Source of the DNA: Anaerolinea thermophila
GTDB taxonomy: Bacteria > Chloroflexota > Anaerolineae > Anaerolineales > UBA4823
DNA: 47,429 nucleotides
Reading direction: 5' to 3'
Assembly (NCBI GenBank): GCA_020724505.1
Contig: DYGV01000012.1
Span: 1-47,429, forward strand
Below, one piece after another: positions 28,552-37,394 of the stretch. Positions within the stretch are counted from its first letter, which is position 1; each line of letters starts with the position of its first letter. Under the pieces are notes generated by a model. The model had not been told where the DNA came from. It saw nothing but the letters and a program-made list of their open reading frames with translations, and did not search any database. The position numbers were made by a program, and so were the translations under genes.

Positions 28552-29229
28552 ATGATCAAAATAGACCGCATCATACGCTCCAATCGCAAAACCGTTGCCT
28601 TGATAATTCAATCAGATGGAAGTTTATGGGTACGTGCGCCGCTCAGAAGCGACCGCCGGGAAATAGAACGCATCGTACAAGAGAAGGCCGATTGGATACA
28701 ATCGCGTAAGCGAAAAATAACGTTAGAATATTCAGCTACCAGACCTTACCAATTCAAAGAAGGGGAGGCTATTTATTACCTTGGCGCAACCTATCCGCTA
28801 GTCATTTCGGATGAAATGGGGAACTATCTAAAATTCGATGCTCAACGATTTTTGATCTCGCGCCAGGCGTTGCCCTATGCTCCCCACATTTTCACACGTT
28901 GGTATCGTCGGCAGGCGCGTGAAATCATCGGCAGACGAGTTGAAGCGTTAAGCGAGCTTTACGGATGTAGTTATCATAGGATCCGCATCACCAGCGCGCG
29001 CAGCCGCTGGGGGTCTTGCGGGGCAAAAGGTACGCTTAACTTCACCTGGCGGTTAGTTATGGCGCCATCGCCGGTGATTGACTACGTAATTACTCACGAG
29101 TTGATGCATTTGAAGATCAAGAACCACTCAAAGGAGTTTTGGCGCGCCGTGGCAATGTGGATTCCCGAATACAAAAATTCCAAAAATTGGTTGCGTATCA
29201 ATGGCCAGCGATTGATGCAGCTTCTTTAA
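28552..29229 (+). CDS. YgjP-like (DUF45/M48-related) metal-dependent hydrolase
   Basis: HELMHLKIKNHSKEFW (HExxH plus NHSxxFW), SRWGSC, and the N-terminal RSNRKTVALIIQSDGSLWVRAP. The ATG at 28552 fits the family's N-terminus. The track start at 28450 is a likely over-extension. Confidence 0.8.
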   Translation: MIKIDRIIRSNRKTVALIIQSDGSLWVRAPLRSDRREIERIVQEKADWIQSRKRKITLEYSATRPYQFKEGEAIYYLGATYPLVISDEMGNYLKFDAQRFLISRQALPYAPHIFTRWYRRQAREIIGRRVEALSELYGCSYHRIRITSARSRWGSCGAKGTLNFTWRLVMAPSPVIDYVITHELMHLKIKNHSKEFWRAVAMWIPEYKNSKNWLRINGQRLMQLL

Positions 29230-29318
29230 AAACTATGAAAGCCATGCTTCGAGTTAGAGGGAAGAAAAACTAAGGTAGAATAATACTGTACCGACGATCT
29301 TTATCAGGAGATGGCTCG

Positions 29319-30707
29319 ATGCGCTTTCAAATATTACTCATCCGCGCGCTTATTTCTGCGACGATGGTACCTCTATTCATAGCAGGCTGCAGCTTGGCTC
29401 AAGTCCCCAGCGTCGCGCAACCCACAACCACCCAATCTCAACCTACCGCAATCGGCTCGCCTGAGTTGCAGCCAACCACCCCAGCTGCAGTAATTGCCAG
29501 TCCAATCGCCATCGCCTCTCCTGCAATAACCGAAAGTTCACCTGAAAAGACCGTTGCCGCCCCCAGCGAATCGCCTGTTGCGACGACTGTCGAAACGCTG
29601 ATCCCGCCCAGCGAAACGCCGCCTATTTTAGGCCCTCAGCTCGCTTTCCTCAGAGAAGGCGACATCTGGCTCTTGGATAGTCCAGATAGCCAACCTTATC
29701 AATTGACCATCGCCGGCGACATCCTGAGCTTCGCCTGGTCGCCGGATGGCGAGCGACTGGCGGCATTCAATGGTCGCTCGCTGTGTATCTTCCAGCGCGA
29801 CGGCAGCATCCGCACCGGTTGCCTGGAACTGGGCCTGAACGAAACGCAGTCACAAATCGAACGCCGTATCGTCTGGTCGCCGGACCAGAATTGGATCGTC
29901 CTTTGGAATCCAGTCAATCCATGGGACGAAGATTCCATTGGTTGGTTGATCGTCGCTTTAGATACGACCAACGCCATGTACCGCATTCAAGATCCAGTAG
30001 ATTGGGGCGCTTCGCTCGCCCCCAATAACGAAATCGGTGGCATCATCGGACAACCACTCTTCCTCTCCGACAATCGCCTGGTAGGCACCCTCACGCATCG
30101 CTATCTCTGCTCTTCGGGTGGATGTCACTATCATCTATTCGAATTCAACCTAAATCAGCCGGGGTTCACGCCTTATCCCAATAACCCTCAGGAGGGATGG
30201 AGTGAAGGTCAAAATCTGGCGTTGTCCAAAGATGGGCGTATTTTGACAAATTACGGGGCATTCTTTCTGAGCTGCGAATCTTATATCACTTTCGTAGATA
30301 ATTTCGACCTCAATACACAAACCCGACAGACTTTCAATCTGGAGCAACAGGCAGTCGCAGGTCTGGCTTTTTCCCCAGATCATCAGGTGGGCATTCTTGC
30401 ACGCACGGCTGGATGCAGTTCGCCAGATCAGGCGCCCTGGAATCAGACGTGTGGATTATCCCAGGGATTCGAGGTGTTCTCGATGCAACGTTGGGAATTG
30501 GTCAGCGGCGAGTTCAGCGATCTACCCGCCGGTATCGCACCAGCCTGGTCGCCAGATGGTCAATGGATAGCGTTTCAATCTTGCTTGCAAGAACGAAATG
30601 GCAATTGGGAGCCCGACGCAAACACGTCCTCTACTATTTACGTTTTGGATCCCAGCGGTGCAGTGAGGATGATTTCTCCTGGAGCAATGCCCTCCTGGCG
30701 ACCATAA
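29319..30707 (+). CDS. Lipoprotein with a PD40/TolB-like beta-propeller region
   Basis: The signal peptide ends in the lipobox FIAGC. A Pro/Thr/Ser-rich linker follows, then repeated WSPDGERLA, WSPDQNWIV, FSPDHQ and WSPDGQWIAF motifs. Confidence 0.65.
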   Translation: MRFQILLIRALISATMVPLFIAGCSLAQVPSVAQPTTTQSQPTAIGSPELQPTTPAAVIASPIAIASPAITESSPEKTVAAPSESPVATTVETLIPPSETPPILGPQLAFLREGDIWLLDSPDSQPYQLTIAGDILSFAWSPDGERLAAFNGRSLCIFQRDGSIRTGCLELGLNETQSQIERRIVWSPDQNWIVLWNPVNPWDEDSIGWLIVALDTTNAMYRIQDPVDWGASLAPNNEIGGIIGQPLFLSDNRLVGTLTHRYLCSSGGCHYHLFEFNLNQPGFTPYPNNPQEGWSEGQNLALSKDGRILTNYGAFFLSCESYITFVDNFDLNTQTRQTFNLEQQAVAGLAFSPDHQVGILARTAGCSSPDQAPWNQTCGLSQGFEVFSMQRWELVSGEFSDLPAGIAPAWSPDGQWIAFQSCLQERNGNWEPDANTSSTIYVLDPSGAVRMISPGAMPSWRP

Positions 30708-30776
30708 CCAGGGTATGTTAAAAGCTCGCGTCATTGCTTCGCAAGTCTCAGTACATTGACAACTCAAACGACAACA

Positions 30777-30811
30777 CCAGCAGCGTTGGTTAGAGCCATC
30801 AACGCTGCTGG
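30777..30811. terminator. 12-bp perfect hairpin between convergent genes
   Basis: CCAGCAGCGTTG (30777-30788) pairs with CAACGCTGCTGG (30800-30811). It is followed on the plus strand by CAGAAAAAA. The geometry is non-canonical for either strand. Confidence 0.3.
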
Positions 30812-30824
30812 CAGAAAAAATTCG

Positions 30825-30980
30825 TTAATCGGGGCGATTAACAATGACTAATGCCGCGATCACTCCAGGCACCCAACCTACCAGGGTTAGGATCGTCGTG
30901 ATCAAGATTGAGCCGCAGCCTTTGTCCAGCACGGCTAATGGAGGAAACAAAAGGCATAATAAAACCCGCCAGATACTCAT
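30825..30980 (-). CDS. Pmp3/YqaE-family small hydrophobic membrane protein (51 aa)
   Basis: Not in the ORF track because it is shorter than 60 aa. The minus-strand translation MSIWRVLLCLLFPPLAVLDKGCGSILITTILTLVGWVPGVIAALVIVNRPD matches the family pattern (PPLAV...ILTLLGxxPGxIxAL). Confidence 0.7.
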   Translation of the reverse strand: MSIWRVLLCLLFPPLAVLDKGCGSILITTILTLVGWVPGVIAALVIVNRPD

Positions 30981-31259
30981 ACTTCAGAATCCTTTCTTTG
31001 CTAAGGTGGTTCTTGCGCTACATACTTGCGCACATTGAATTTCAACTATTTATACGTAGATCGTGGTAAATCGTCGCGCCAGGGTTACATGCCACTCAGG
31101 GGATGGAGATTTATAAATGCACAAGGCGCTGCGCCTCCTCAAGGAGAAATTTATCAATCCGGCGCAGATTTCAATAACCTTTGTGATTTTTGCTTTGCCT
31201 TTATAATTGGACGTATGAGTTGGCGTGGCACGCATGAGCGACAATGGAAGCGGATAGGT

Positions 31260-32726
31260 ATGTGGTCGTTCCTTCTTATTTGGGTTATTTTATCAACATG
31301 CAATATGCCGAATCGCCTCGGAGACCTGATTCGCAGCGCCGCATCTACGCGCACCCCAACAACCACGCCATCCGCAACCCCTTCCGTGACGCCAACCTTC
31401 ACGCTGACTCCTACCTCCACCTCAACGCCTACCCCAACCGTCACGCCGACCTCCACCCCAAGGACACCAACAGCTACTGTCACGCCCACCACTCTTCCTC
31501 CCTCACGGACGCCGGCTCTCAATCAAATCACTGCTGGACAGGATGCCTGGAAATTGATCTCCATTGATTTTCTAGACTACATCAGCGCAATCGGAAGACT
31601 ATTCTATCCACCTGAACGCGATGGTCCCCTGTCCACCTATATCTATTTGCGTTTAAACTTCGCTTGCCAGTCGGGCAAGTCTCTCATCGAACTTTACACA
31701 GGTTATGATATGGGTCTGACTTTTATTTACAGACCCAGCGGTTATACAGACGTTTATATTGAAGATTATCAAGGGCGCAGGTATCTGGTGAATCTCATTG
31801 GGGCATGTTGGTTGGCAGCGCCGCTGCCCCGCGCCCGACAGGCAGATCCCTACTACACCCTGGCGTTCAAATCTCTGCCCCCGCTTAAGATCTTTCCAAC
31901 GCAAACCTCTCTCGCCGGGCAATCTCCTCTCGCCTTCGTTTCGGAGCGAGACCTAAATCCGGAAATTTATGTTCTCATGCCGCCTGGAAACTCAGCAGAC
32001 GATCAAGCGCAGCGGCTTACCATTAATTCTTACAGCGACACACAGCCCAGTTGGTCCCCAGATCACAAATTTCTGGCCTTTACCACGAACCGAGATGGCA
32101 ACAGCGAAGTCTATCGAATGGATGTCCATGGGCAAAACCTGCTCAATCTCACGCAAAACCCAGCCCAAGATGGCCGGCCAGCCTGGAACCCAAACGGCGA
32201 CCAAATCGCTTTTCACACAGATCGCACCGGCAATTGGGAGATCTTCGTCATGCGCGCAGATGGTAACCTGGCGCTCAATCTCACCAACAGTCCGGATGCA
32301 GACGTAAACCCTTCCTGGTCTCCGGATGGACGCCAAATTGTTTTCCAATCCCACCGCGATGGAAATTGGGAGATCTATGTCATTTCGGTGGATGGCAGCC
32401 CGGCGCGCCGCCTCACCACGCATCCAGCAGAAGACGTAGCTCCTTCCTGGTCGCCTGATGGAAATCAGATCGCTTTCTGGTCGCGCCGCAACGCCGGTTG
32501 GGGATTGTATTTAATATCCCCTACTGGGGCAAATCTCAAATTACTGTTAGAATATCTAAACCCCGGTCCATTTGCTAGCCCTCCTGCTTGGTCGCCGGAC
32601 GGTCGTTATCTCATCTTCGCCACTCAGCGAGATGGGTATCTGGAACTCTATCGGCTCAGCATCGAATACCCTGAGCCGCAACGCCTCACCCACAACAACG
32701 CAAACGACTACGATCCAGATTGGTAG
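31260..32726 (+). CDS. TolB-like PD40-repeat beta-propeller protein with a Thr/Pro-rich linker
   Basis: At least 6 consecutive repeats of the type P(S/A)WSPDGxxI(A/V)FxSxRDGNWEIY. N-terminal hydrophobic segment MWSFLLIWVILSTC. Start uncertain (31215 or 31260; the track ORF starts at 31026). Confidence 0.75.
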   Translation: MWSFLLIWVILSTCNMPNRLGDLIRSAASTRTPTTTPSATPSVTPTFTLTPTSTSTPTPTVTPTSTPRTPTATVTPTTLPPSRTPALNQITAGQDAWKLISIDFLDYISAIGRLFYPPERDGPLSTYIYLRLNFACQSGKSLIELYTGYDMGLTFIYRPSGYTDVYIEDYQGRRYLVNLIGACWLAAPLPRARQADPYYTLAFKSLPPLKIFPTQTSLAGQSPLAFVSERDLNPEIYVLMPPGNSADDQAQRLTINSYSDTQPSWSPDHKFLAFTTNRDGNSEVYRMDVHGQNLLNLTQNPAQDGRPAWNPNGDQIAFHTDRTGNWEIFVMRADGNLALNLTNSPDADVNPSWSPDGRQIVFQSHRDGNWEIYVISVDGSPARRLTTHPAEDVAPSWSPDGNQIAFWSRRNAGWGLYLISPTGANLKLLLEYLNPGPFASPPAWSPDGRYLIFATQRDGYLELYRLSIEYPEPQRLTHNNANDYDPDW

Positions 32727-32828
32727 GCAAAGTCCGCTTGATTGCGGAATCATCCGCGTGTTTACCCATATGGGCTCATCAACTCCAGACCATGGGTAAA
32801 CCAAAGTGATACCGCCAAAGGAGGCGTG

Positions 32829-33380
32829 ATGCCCGCAACGGATCAGATCCGGATTTTAGAGGCTCAGCTTTACCAGGCGCGCCTGAACGTAGGACGCTTG
32901 CGTCGGGAGGTCTTCGAGCAAAAAGACCCTGCCAGCTCCCAGGCTCTGTTGGATGATCTGGCGACAGCCGAGGCCGACCTGGCAAAAAAAGAAGCCCAGC
33001 TCAGTCAGGCGATCCAGGCTAAACCCGGCAGCGGCCTCCTGGTAGAATTGGGAAAGCGCTGGTATTCCGGCACCCTACGTTCGGATACAACCGGACTGGA
33101 AGTAAAAGTGCACTTGCGCATGGCACAGGTTGCCACTTCAGTATATCACCTGCTTGATCCACAGAAGAATCCCCTCGTCACCTGCACCATTCAGAATTTC
33201 TCTGATAAAGTGCGCCGTTTGCGCATCACCTCCTTCATCGAGGATTATTCAGCTAAGGCCATTAAAACAGTCGAAATTGACCCCGGTCCCGACCCGGTGG
33301 AGGTGCATCAGCAGCCGACTTTGTTTCCACGGCTCATACGAGACATCCACGAGCTGACCCGCGCCACGCTGAATGTTTAG
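32829..33380 (+). CDS. Coiled-coil plus beta-rich N-terminal segment of a larger reading frame; ends at an in-frame TAG
   Basis: Strong RBS AAAGGAGG (32817-32824), then ATG 32829. MPATDQIRILEAQLYQARLNVGRLRREVFEQ...AEADLAKKEAQLSQAIQ is a predicted coiled coil. TAG at 33378-33380. Confidence 0.6.
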   Translation: MPATDQIRILEAQLYQARLNVGRLRREVFEQKDPASSQALLDDLATAEADLAKKEAQLSQAIQAKPGSGLLVELGKRWYSGTLRSDTTGLEVKVHLRMAQVATSVYHLLDPQKNPLVTCTIQNFSDKVRRLRITSFIEDYSAKAIKTVEIDPGPDPVEVHQQPTLFPRLIRDIHELTRATLNV

Positions 33381-33497
33381 GTTGAGGAACTCGGCGAGAT
33401 AGATGAACGCATCGAGTCGCACACCACTCATCCGATCTGGCTGCTGGCACGCACTACTGCTCCCCTAGCCGTACGGGACCCCAAGAGCGGCGAATGG

Positions 33498-34082
33498 ATG
33501 GATCTAAGCCGATATTTAGGCGCCTTCGTCACACCCAACGCCCCGGCGTTGATGGCGTTTCTGCGTCAAGCAGCGGCTCTTCACCCGCAAAAGCGCCTGG
33601 TGGGCTATCAAGGCGACCTATCGCAGGTGGAGCCGCAGGTGCGGGCGATCTTCGAAGCGCTCAAGCGCCAAGCTGAGATCACCTATGTTAATTCGGTGAT
33701 CGCTTTCAGCCCCGATCAAGGCGCGGCCAACCAGCGCGTCCGCTTGCCGCGCGAATGCCTGGAACATCATCAAGCCAACTGCATTGATGGAACGGTGCTT
33801 GTCGCCAGCCTGTTGGAAGCCATCTCCCTCAACCCAGCTATTGTATTAATTCCCGGCCACGCTTTATTGGGTTGGCAGACGTGGAACGACGAAACTGCGC
33901 AATGGCGCTACCTGGAAACCACAATGATTGGCTGGAGCACATTTGAGGAAGCGCAGGCAAGCGGCGAGGTGATGGCCGATCGCTATCGTAAATTAGCCAC
34001 CGATCATCAAGACAACTCCCTCTTCCGTTCATGGCCGTTGCGCACCCTGCGCGCTGAATACGGCATCACACCGTTGGAATGA
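33498..34082 (+). CDS. Papain/transglutaminase-like Cys-His domain segment, in the same frame as 32829..33380 and probably the C-terminal part of one gene
   Basis: Both ORFs are in the same frame, and the 117 nt between them (33381-33497) contain no stop. That stretch reads as ordinary protein ([39 protein letters not shown]). Candidate catalytic contexts are [22 protein letters not shown] (Cys) and [13 protein letters not shown] (His). Confidence 0.6.
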   Translation: MDLSRYLGAFVTPNAPALMAFLRQAAALHPQKRLVGYQGDLSQVEPQVRAIFEALKRQAEITYVNSVIAFSPDQGAANQRVRLPRECLEHHQANCIDGTVLVASLLEAISLNPAIVLIPGHALLGWQTWNDETAQWRYLETTMIGWSTFEEAQASGEVMADRYRKLATDHQDNSLFRSWPLRTLRAEYGITPLE

Positions 34083-34114
34083 CCTCATAAGTCCTAAGGC
34101 CAAAGGAGAACAGA

Positions 34115-37100
34115 ATGGCAAATCCCCCGCCCCATTTTATTGTATTCGTACCCGGATATATGGGCAGCCGATTGCGCAATCGGCGAACGGGAGAATTGGT
34201 TTGGCTGGATATTCCTGGCCTGCTAAGAAACCCGTTCGATATTCCCGGCGCGCTAGAGCGCATGTTCGACCAGATGCGTTATCCAAACGATGATCTTATC
34301 CCTGACGGCATTGTGGATGAGGTTCTTTTCTTGCCCCCCTTGTTCAAACAAGAACAATACGGGCGTATGCTGGAAGCCCTGGCACGTATGGGCTACAACA
34401 CCACAGGTAAGCCGGCCACTGGCGAACTGGCTGCTTATACCTTCGCTTACGATTGGCGGCAAGATAATCGCATCTCTGCCCGTCAATTGGGGCAATTCAT
34501 AGAAAGCCTGGAAGAAAAACACCCTGGAGCTAAAGCGATTCTCATCGGTCACAGCAACGGCGGAATTGTCTCACGTTGGTACATTGAAAAAGAGGGCGGA
34601 AGTAGCCACGTATCGCGCCTCTTTTTGATGGGTTCCCCTTGGGACGGCGCTCCGAAGGCATTTCAGGTACTGCAAGATGGGTTGGAAGTGTTCTTGATGG
34701 GTATCTTCAACCGCTATGATAACCGTCTTCAAGACAAAATAAAATCCGCCGTGCTTAGTTTTCCATCGTTTTATCAACTTATTCCGGCTACAAACCCATT
34801 TCTCCACGATGCCAACGGCAATACGATTGATCCATTCACCGATCTCAGCTGGCTGCAAAACGAACGCCAACGCCAGATGTTGCTAGACGGCAAGCAATTC
34901 AATCAACAGTTAGGGACTACCCTCAGCGTGGAGACGCTGTGTTTCTTTGGAGTAAAAACCTGGACCACCACTGGCGGGTTGGTGCACCTCGGCCCGTCTG
35001 GGAGTTGGTCAAAGTTCGATTGGGAGCGCACCGAAGAGGGCGATGGCACAGTGCCCACGCGCAGCGCAGTACATCCTCAAGCCAGCCAGAAACTGCCTTT
35101 TGTTGCCTCGCATGGCGATATTTATGTTATCCCTCCTGTGCTCGAAAAAATGGAATTCGAGCTGTTGACGAAATACCGCTTGGGTGTGTTGGCGGAAGCA
35201 GTAACCCCGAATTTGACCATCCATTTTGAACCCGATCGTGACGTGTATCAGCCTGGCGAGGAGATTCATGTTTGGGCGACTGTGTCGCGACGCGATAGCA
35301 ACGATCCCATTGGCAATGCTCTCATAGACGTTCGATTGGAGTTGCGACAACCGCTGCCCAATTTTTCTCATGCCCCAGCCGATACCCTGCCCGCCATTCG
35401 GCTGCACGAGAGCGAACAAGAGGATGGTCGTTACGAAGGCGTGATGCAGTCGCCTCGCTCTTCTGGCTATTACCGATTGGTCGCTACGGTGAACGCGCCC
35501 GGGGAGGCATCGATTCCCCTGGAAGAACTCATCCTGATCGAAGGCGCGCCGGATTGGTCTTCTAGCGCCGGCGGAAGCGCGCCAGGCGCTTACCCGCCCA
35601 GCGGCTCTGGCAGCCAGCCGCCTCCACCCATCACCGGCGGTCCGATTTTCCGCTCCTGGGACGAACCCCCGCAAACGACCCCTTCTGATCAAGAATTTGG
35701 AGCATTTGCATCTGCCAGGCGTGCCATCCACGTTGAAATCACAGAGGGCAATGTTCACCAACCAATCCCCTTTGGCGAAGAGTTCACCCTAACCTTATAC
35801 GTGGATGAAAAAAACTCTGCCTTTAGCGTCCCTTTTCGCGAAGCTGGTCTGTTCTCGGATGAGCAAAGCCTGGTTCGTCTGATGGTGCAAGTGTCCAGCT
35901 CGGATTTCATCGTCCACACCCGTCAGCCGCAAGAGCTGCGCGTACCACGGCGCGGCCGCTCGCGCAATAAAGCCCGTTTCGATCTTGAACCGTTACATAG
36001 CGGTTCGAGTCGCGCAGCAGCTTTGATTTACAAAGACAATAACTTTGTCCAAGGGCTTGACCTGGAATTCAACGTGGCGGGAGACGAAGCAACCTCCAAT
36101 GCGCTAGTCAATAGACCAGCGATAAACCATCTTGAAGCGCTAGGGCGCCCGGTTGAAAATCTGGGGCTACTCAAGCCGCGTGATGTTCTGTTATTTATCA
36201 AAAATCGCGGCGAAGAGTTCGAAATGACATTAGTAGATCAAACCGTCAGCGAGGCTCGCTTACCCATCAGTTCGTTCCAGCTCAGCGGAATCATCACCCG
36301 GGCGCGCCAGGCCTTGTTAGATGTCGTATATCTGGCGAAAAGCCCGGCTGGTATCAGCGTTTTACGCGGACGCCCTCCTTCCGTAGACACCTTGCTGGCC
36401 TACCAGGCGGAGGTTGATATTCCAGAAGATGTGGCGCAACAAGCCCTGAAAATGTTGGCAGAAGCCGGCTTTTTGCTATTTCAGGACCTCTTCTATGGGC
36501 CTTCCGCCGGGTCAGATATACAGGCAATGGGCGAGCGGTTGCGCGGGCTGGCGAATAAATCGGCGCTCAAGTTACAAATCGTCTCTCAACATTTCTTCCT
36601 GCCATGGGGATTGCTCTACCTTGGGGAGGACTTGAGCCACATCCAGCCTGACCACTTTCTCGGATTACACCACATAGTGGAACACATACCTCTCCAGGCC
36701 AGCCCGCCGGTCTTTACCCCGGATATTCCCAGCCAGCCACGTTTGGCTGTCAGCGTCAATGTAGATTCATCCATAGACCAAGCCATGGGGCGCGATTTTG
36801 TCGCTCGTCAACTGAACTATTGGAAGCCGCTTCAACAGATCGGCGCAGCTGAGATAGCCATCCGTCAAACCGATCAGGAATGGTTAGAGGCTATGCGACT
36901 ACCAGCTGTAGACCAAATAATGTACTTCTATGGGCACGCTCTAACGCCGGCTATGGACGATCCGGCAAGCGCAGACAACGCTTCGCTAAGCTTTACCGAT
37001 AATAAAAAAGTTACGCTGCGCCAATTGCGCTTAAATGCAGCCGAAAAGCATCGCTTTCCTGGCGAGCCTTTAGTTTTCATCAATGCGTGCGAATCGGCGG

Positions 37101-37387
37101 AACTCTCTCCTTTATTCTATAGCGGATTCATGCCCTACTTTACCACGAAAGGCGCCAGAGGTATGATCGGAACAGAGTGCGAGGTGCCTGCGGTATTTGC
37201 CGCCGAATGGGCGCCTCGGTTTTTTGACCGCTTCCTCTACCAGGAAAAATCTATTGGTGAAATCTTTTTAGAATTACGCCGCGAGTTTTATTATCGGCAC
37301 AACAATATTCTGGGGCTTTTGTACGCCTTGTATTGCGATGGGGATACCCGAATTTACCCGGCGTTAGCCAGAACGGCGCCAGTTTAA
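34115..37387 (+). CDS. Multidomain protein: N-terminal LCAT/PGAP1-like alpha/beta-hydrolase lipase, Ig-like middle region, P/G/S linker, C-terminal CHAT (caspase-fold) protease domain
   Basis: RBS AAAGGAGAA lies before ATG 34115, 32 nt after the upstream stop. Lipase motifs: FVPGYMGS, ILIGHSNGG (Ser147, nt 34553-34555), GDGTVP and ASHGDIY. CHAT dyad contexts: MYFYGHA (His941, nt 36935-36937) and LVFINACES (Cys992, nt 37088-37090). Confidence 0.8.
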   Translation: MANPPPHFIVFVPGYMGSRLRNRRTGELVWLDIPGLLRNPFDIPGALERMFDQMRYPNDDLIPDGIVDEVLFLPPLFKQEQYGRMLEALARMGYNTTGKPATGELAAYTFAYDWRQDNRISARQLGQFIESLEEKHPGAKAILIGHSNGGIVSRWYIEKEGGSSHVSRLFLMGSPWDGAPKAFQVLQDGLEVFLMGIFNRYDNRLQDKIKSAVLSFPSFYQLIPATNPFLHDANGNTIDPFTDLSWLQNERQRQMLLDGKQFNQQLGTTLSVETLCFFGVKTWTTTGGLVHLGPSGSWSKFDWERTEEGDGTVPTRSAVHPQASQKLPFVASHGDIYVIPPVLEKMEFELLTKYRLGVLAEAVTPNLTIHFEPDRDVYQPGEEIHVWATVSRRDSNDPIGNALIDVRLELRQPLPNFSHAPADTLPAIRLHESEQEDGRYEGVMQSPRSSGYYRLVATVNAPGEASIPLEELILIEGAPDWSSSAGGSAPGAYPPSGSGSQPPPPITGGPIFRSWDEPPQTTPSDQEFGAFASARRAIHVEITEGNVHQPIPFGEEFTLTLYVDEKNSAFSVPFREAGLFSDEQSLVRLMVQVSSSDFIVHTRQPQELRVPRRGRSRNKARFDLEPLHSGSSRAAALIYKDNNFVQGLDLEFNVAGDEATSNALVNRPAINHLEALGRPVENLGLLKPRDVLLFIKNRGEEFEMTLVDQTVSEARLPISSFQLSGIITRARQALLDVVYLAKSPAGISVLRGRPPSVDTLLAYQAEVDIPEDVAQQALKMLAEAGFLLFQDLFYGPSAGSDIQAMGERLRGLANKSALKLQIVSQHFFLPWGLLYLGEDLSHIQPDHFLGLHHIVEHIPLQASPPVFTPDIPSQPRLAVSVNVDSSIDQAMGRDFVARQLNYWKPLQQIGAAEIAIRQTDQEWLEAMRLPAVDQIMYFYGHALTPAMDDPASADNASLSFTDNKKVTLRQLRLNAAEKHRFPGEPLVFINACESAELSPLFYSGFMPYFTTKGARGMIGTECEVPAVFAAEWAPRFFDRFLYQEKSIGEIFLELRREFYYRHNNILGLLYALYCDGDTRIYPALARTAPV

Positions 37388-37394
37388 GCTCCAG

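Noticed and set aside
31340-31500. The Thr/Pro-rich stretch (TPTATPSVTPTFTLTPTSTSTPTPTVTPTSTP) as a DNA tandem repeat, VNTR or DGR target
   Set aside because: The nucleotide sequence is only loosely repetitive (codon-level ACN/CCN bias) and sits in-frame as an interdomain linker. No reverse transcriptase or template repeat is present in the window.
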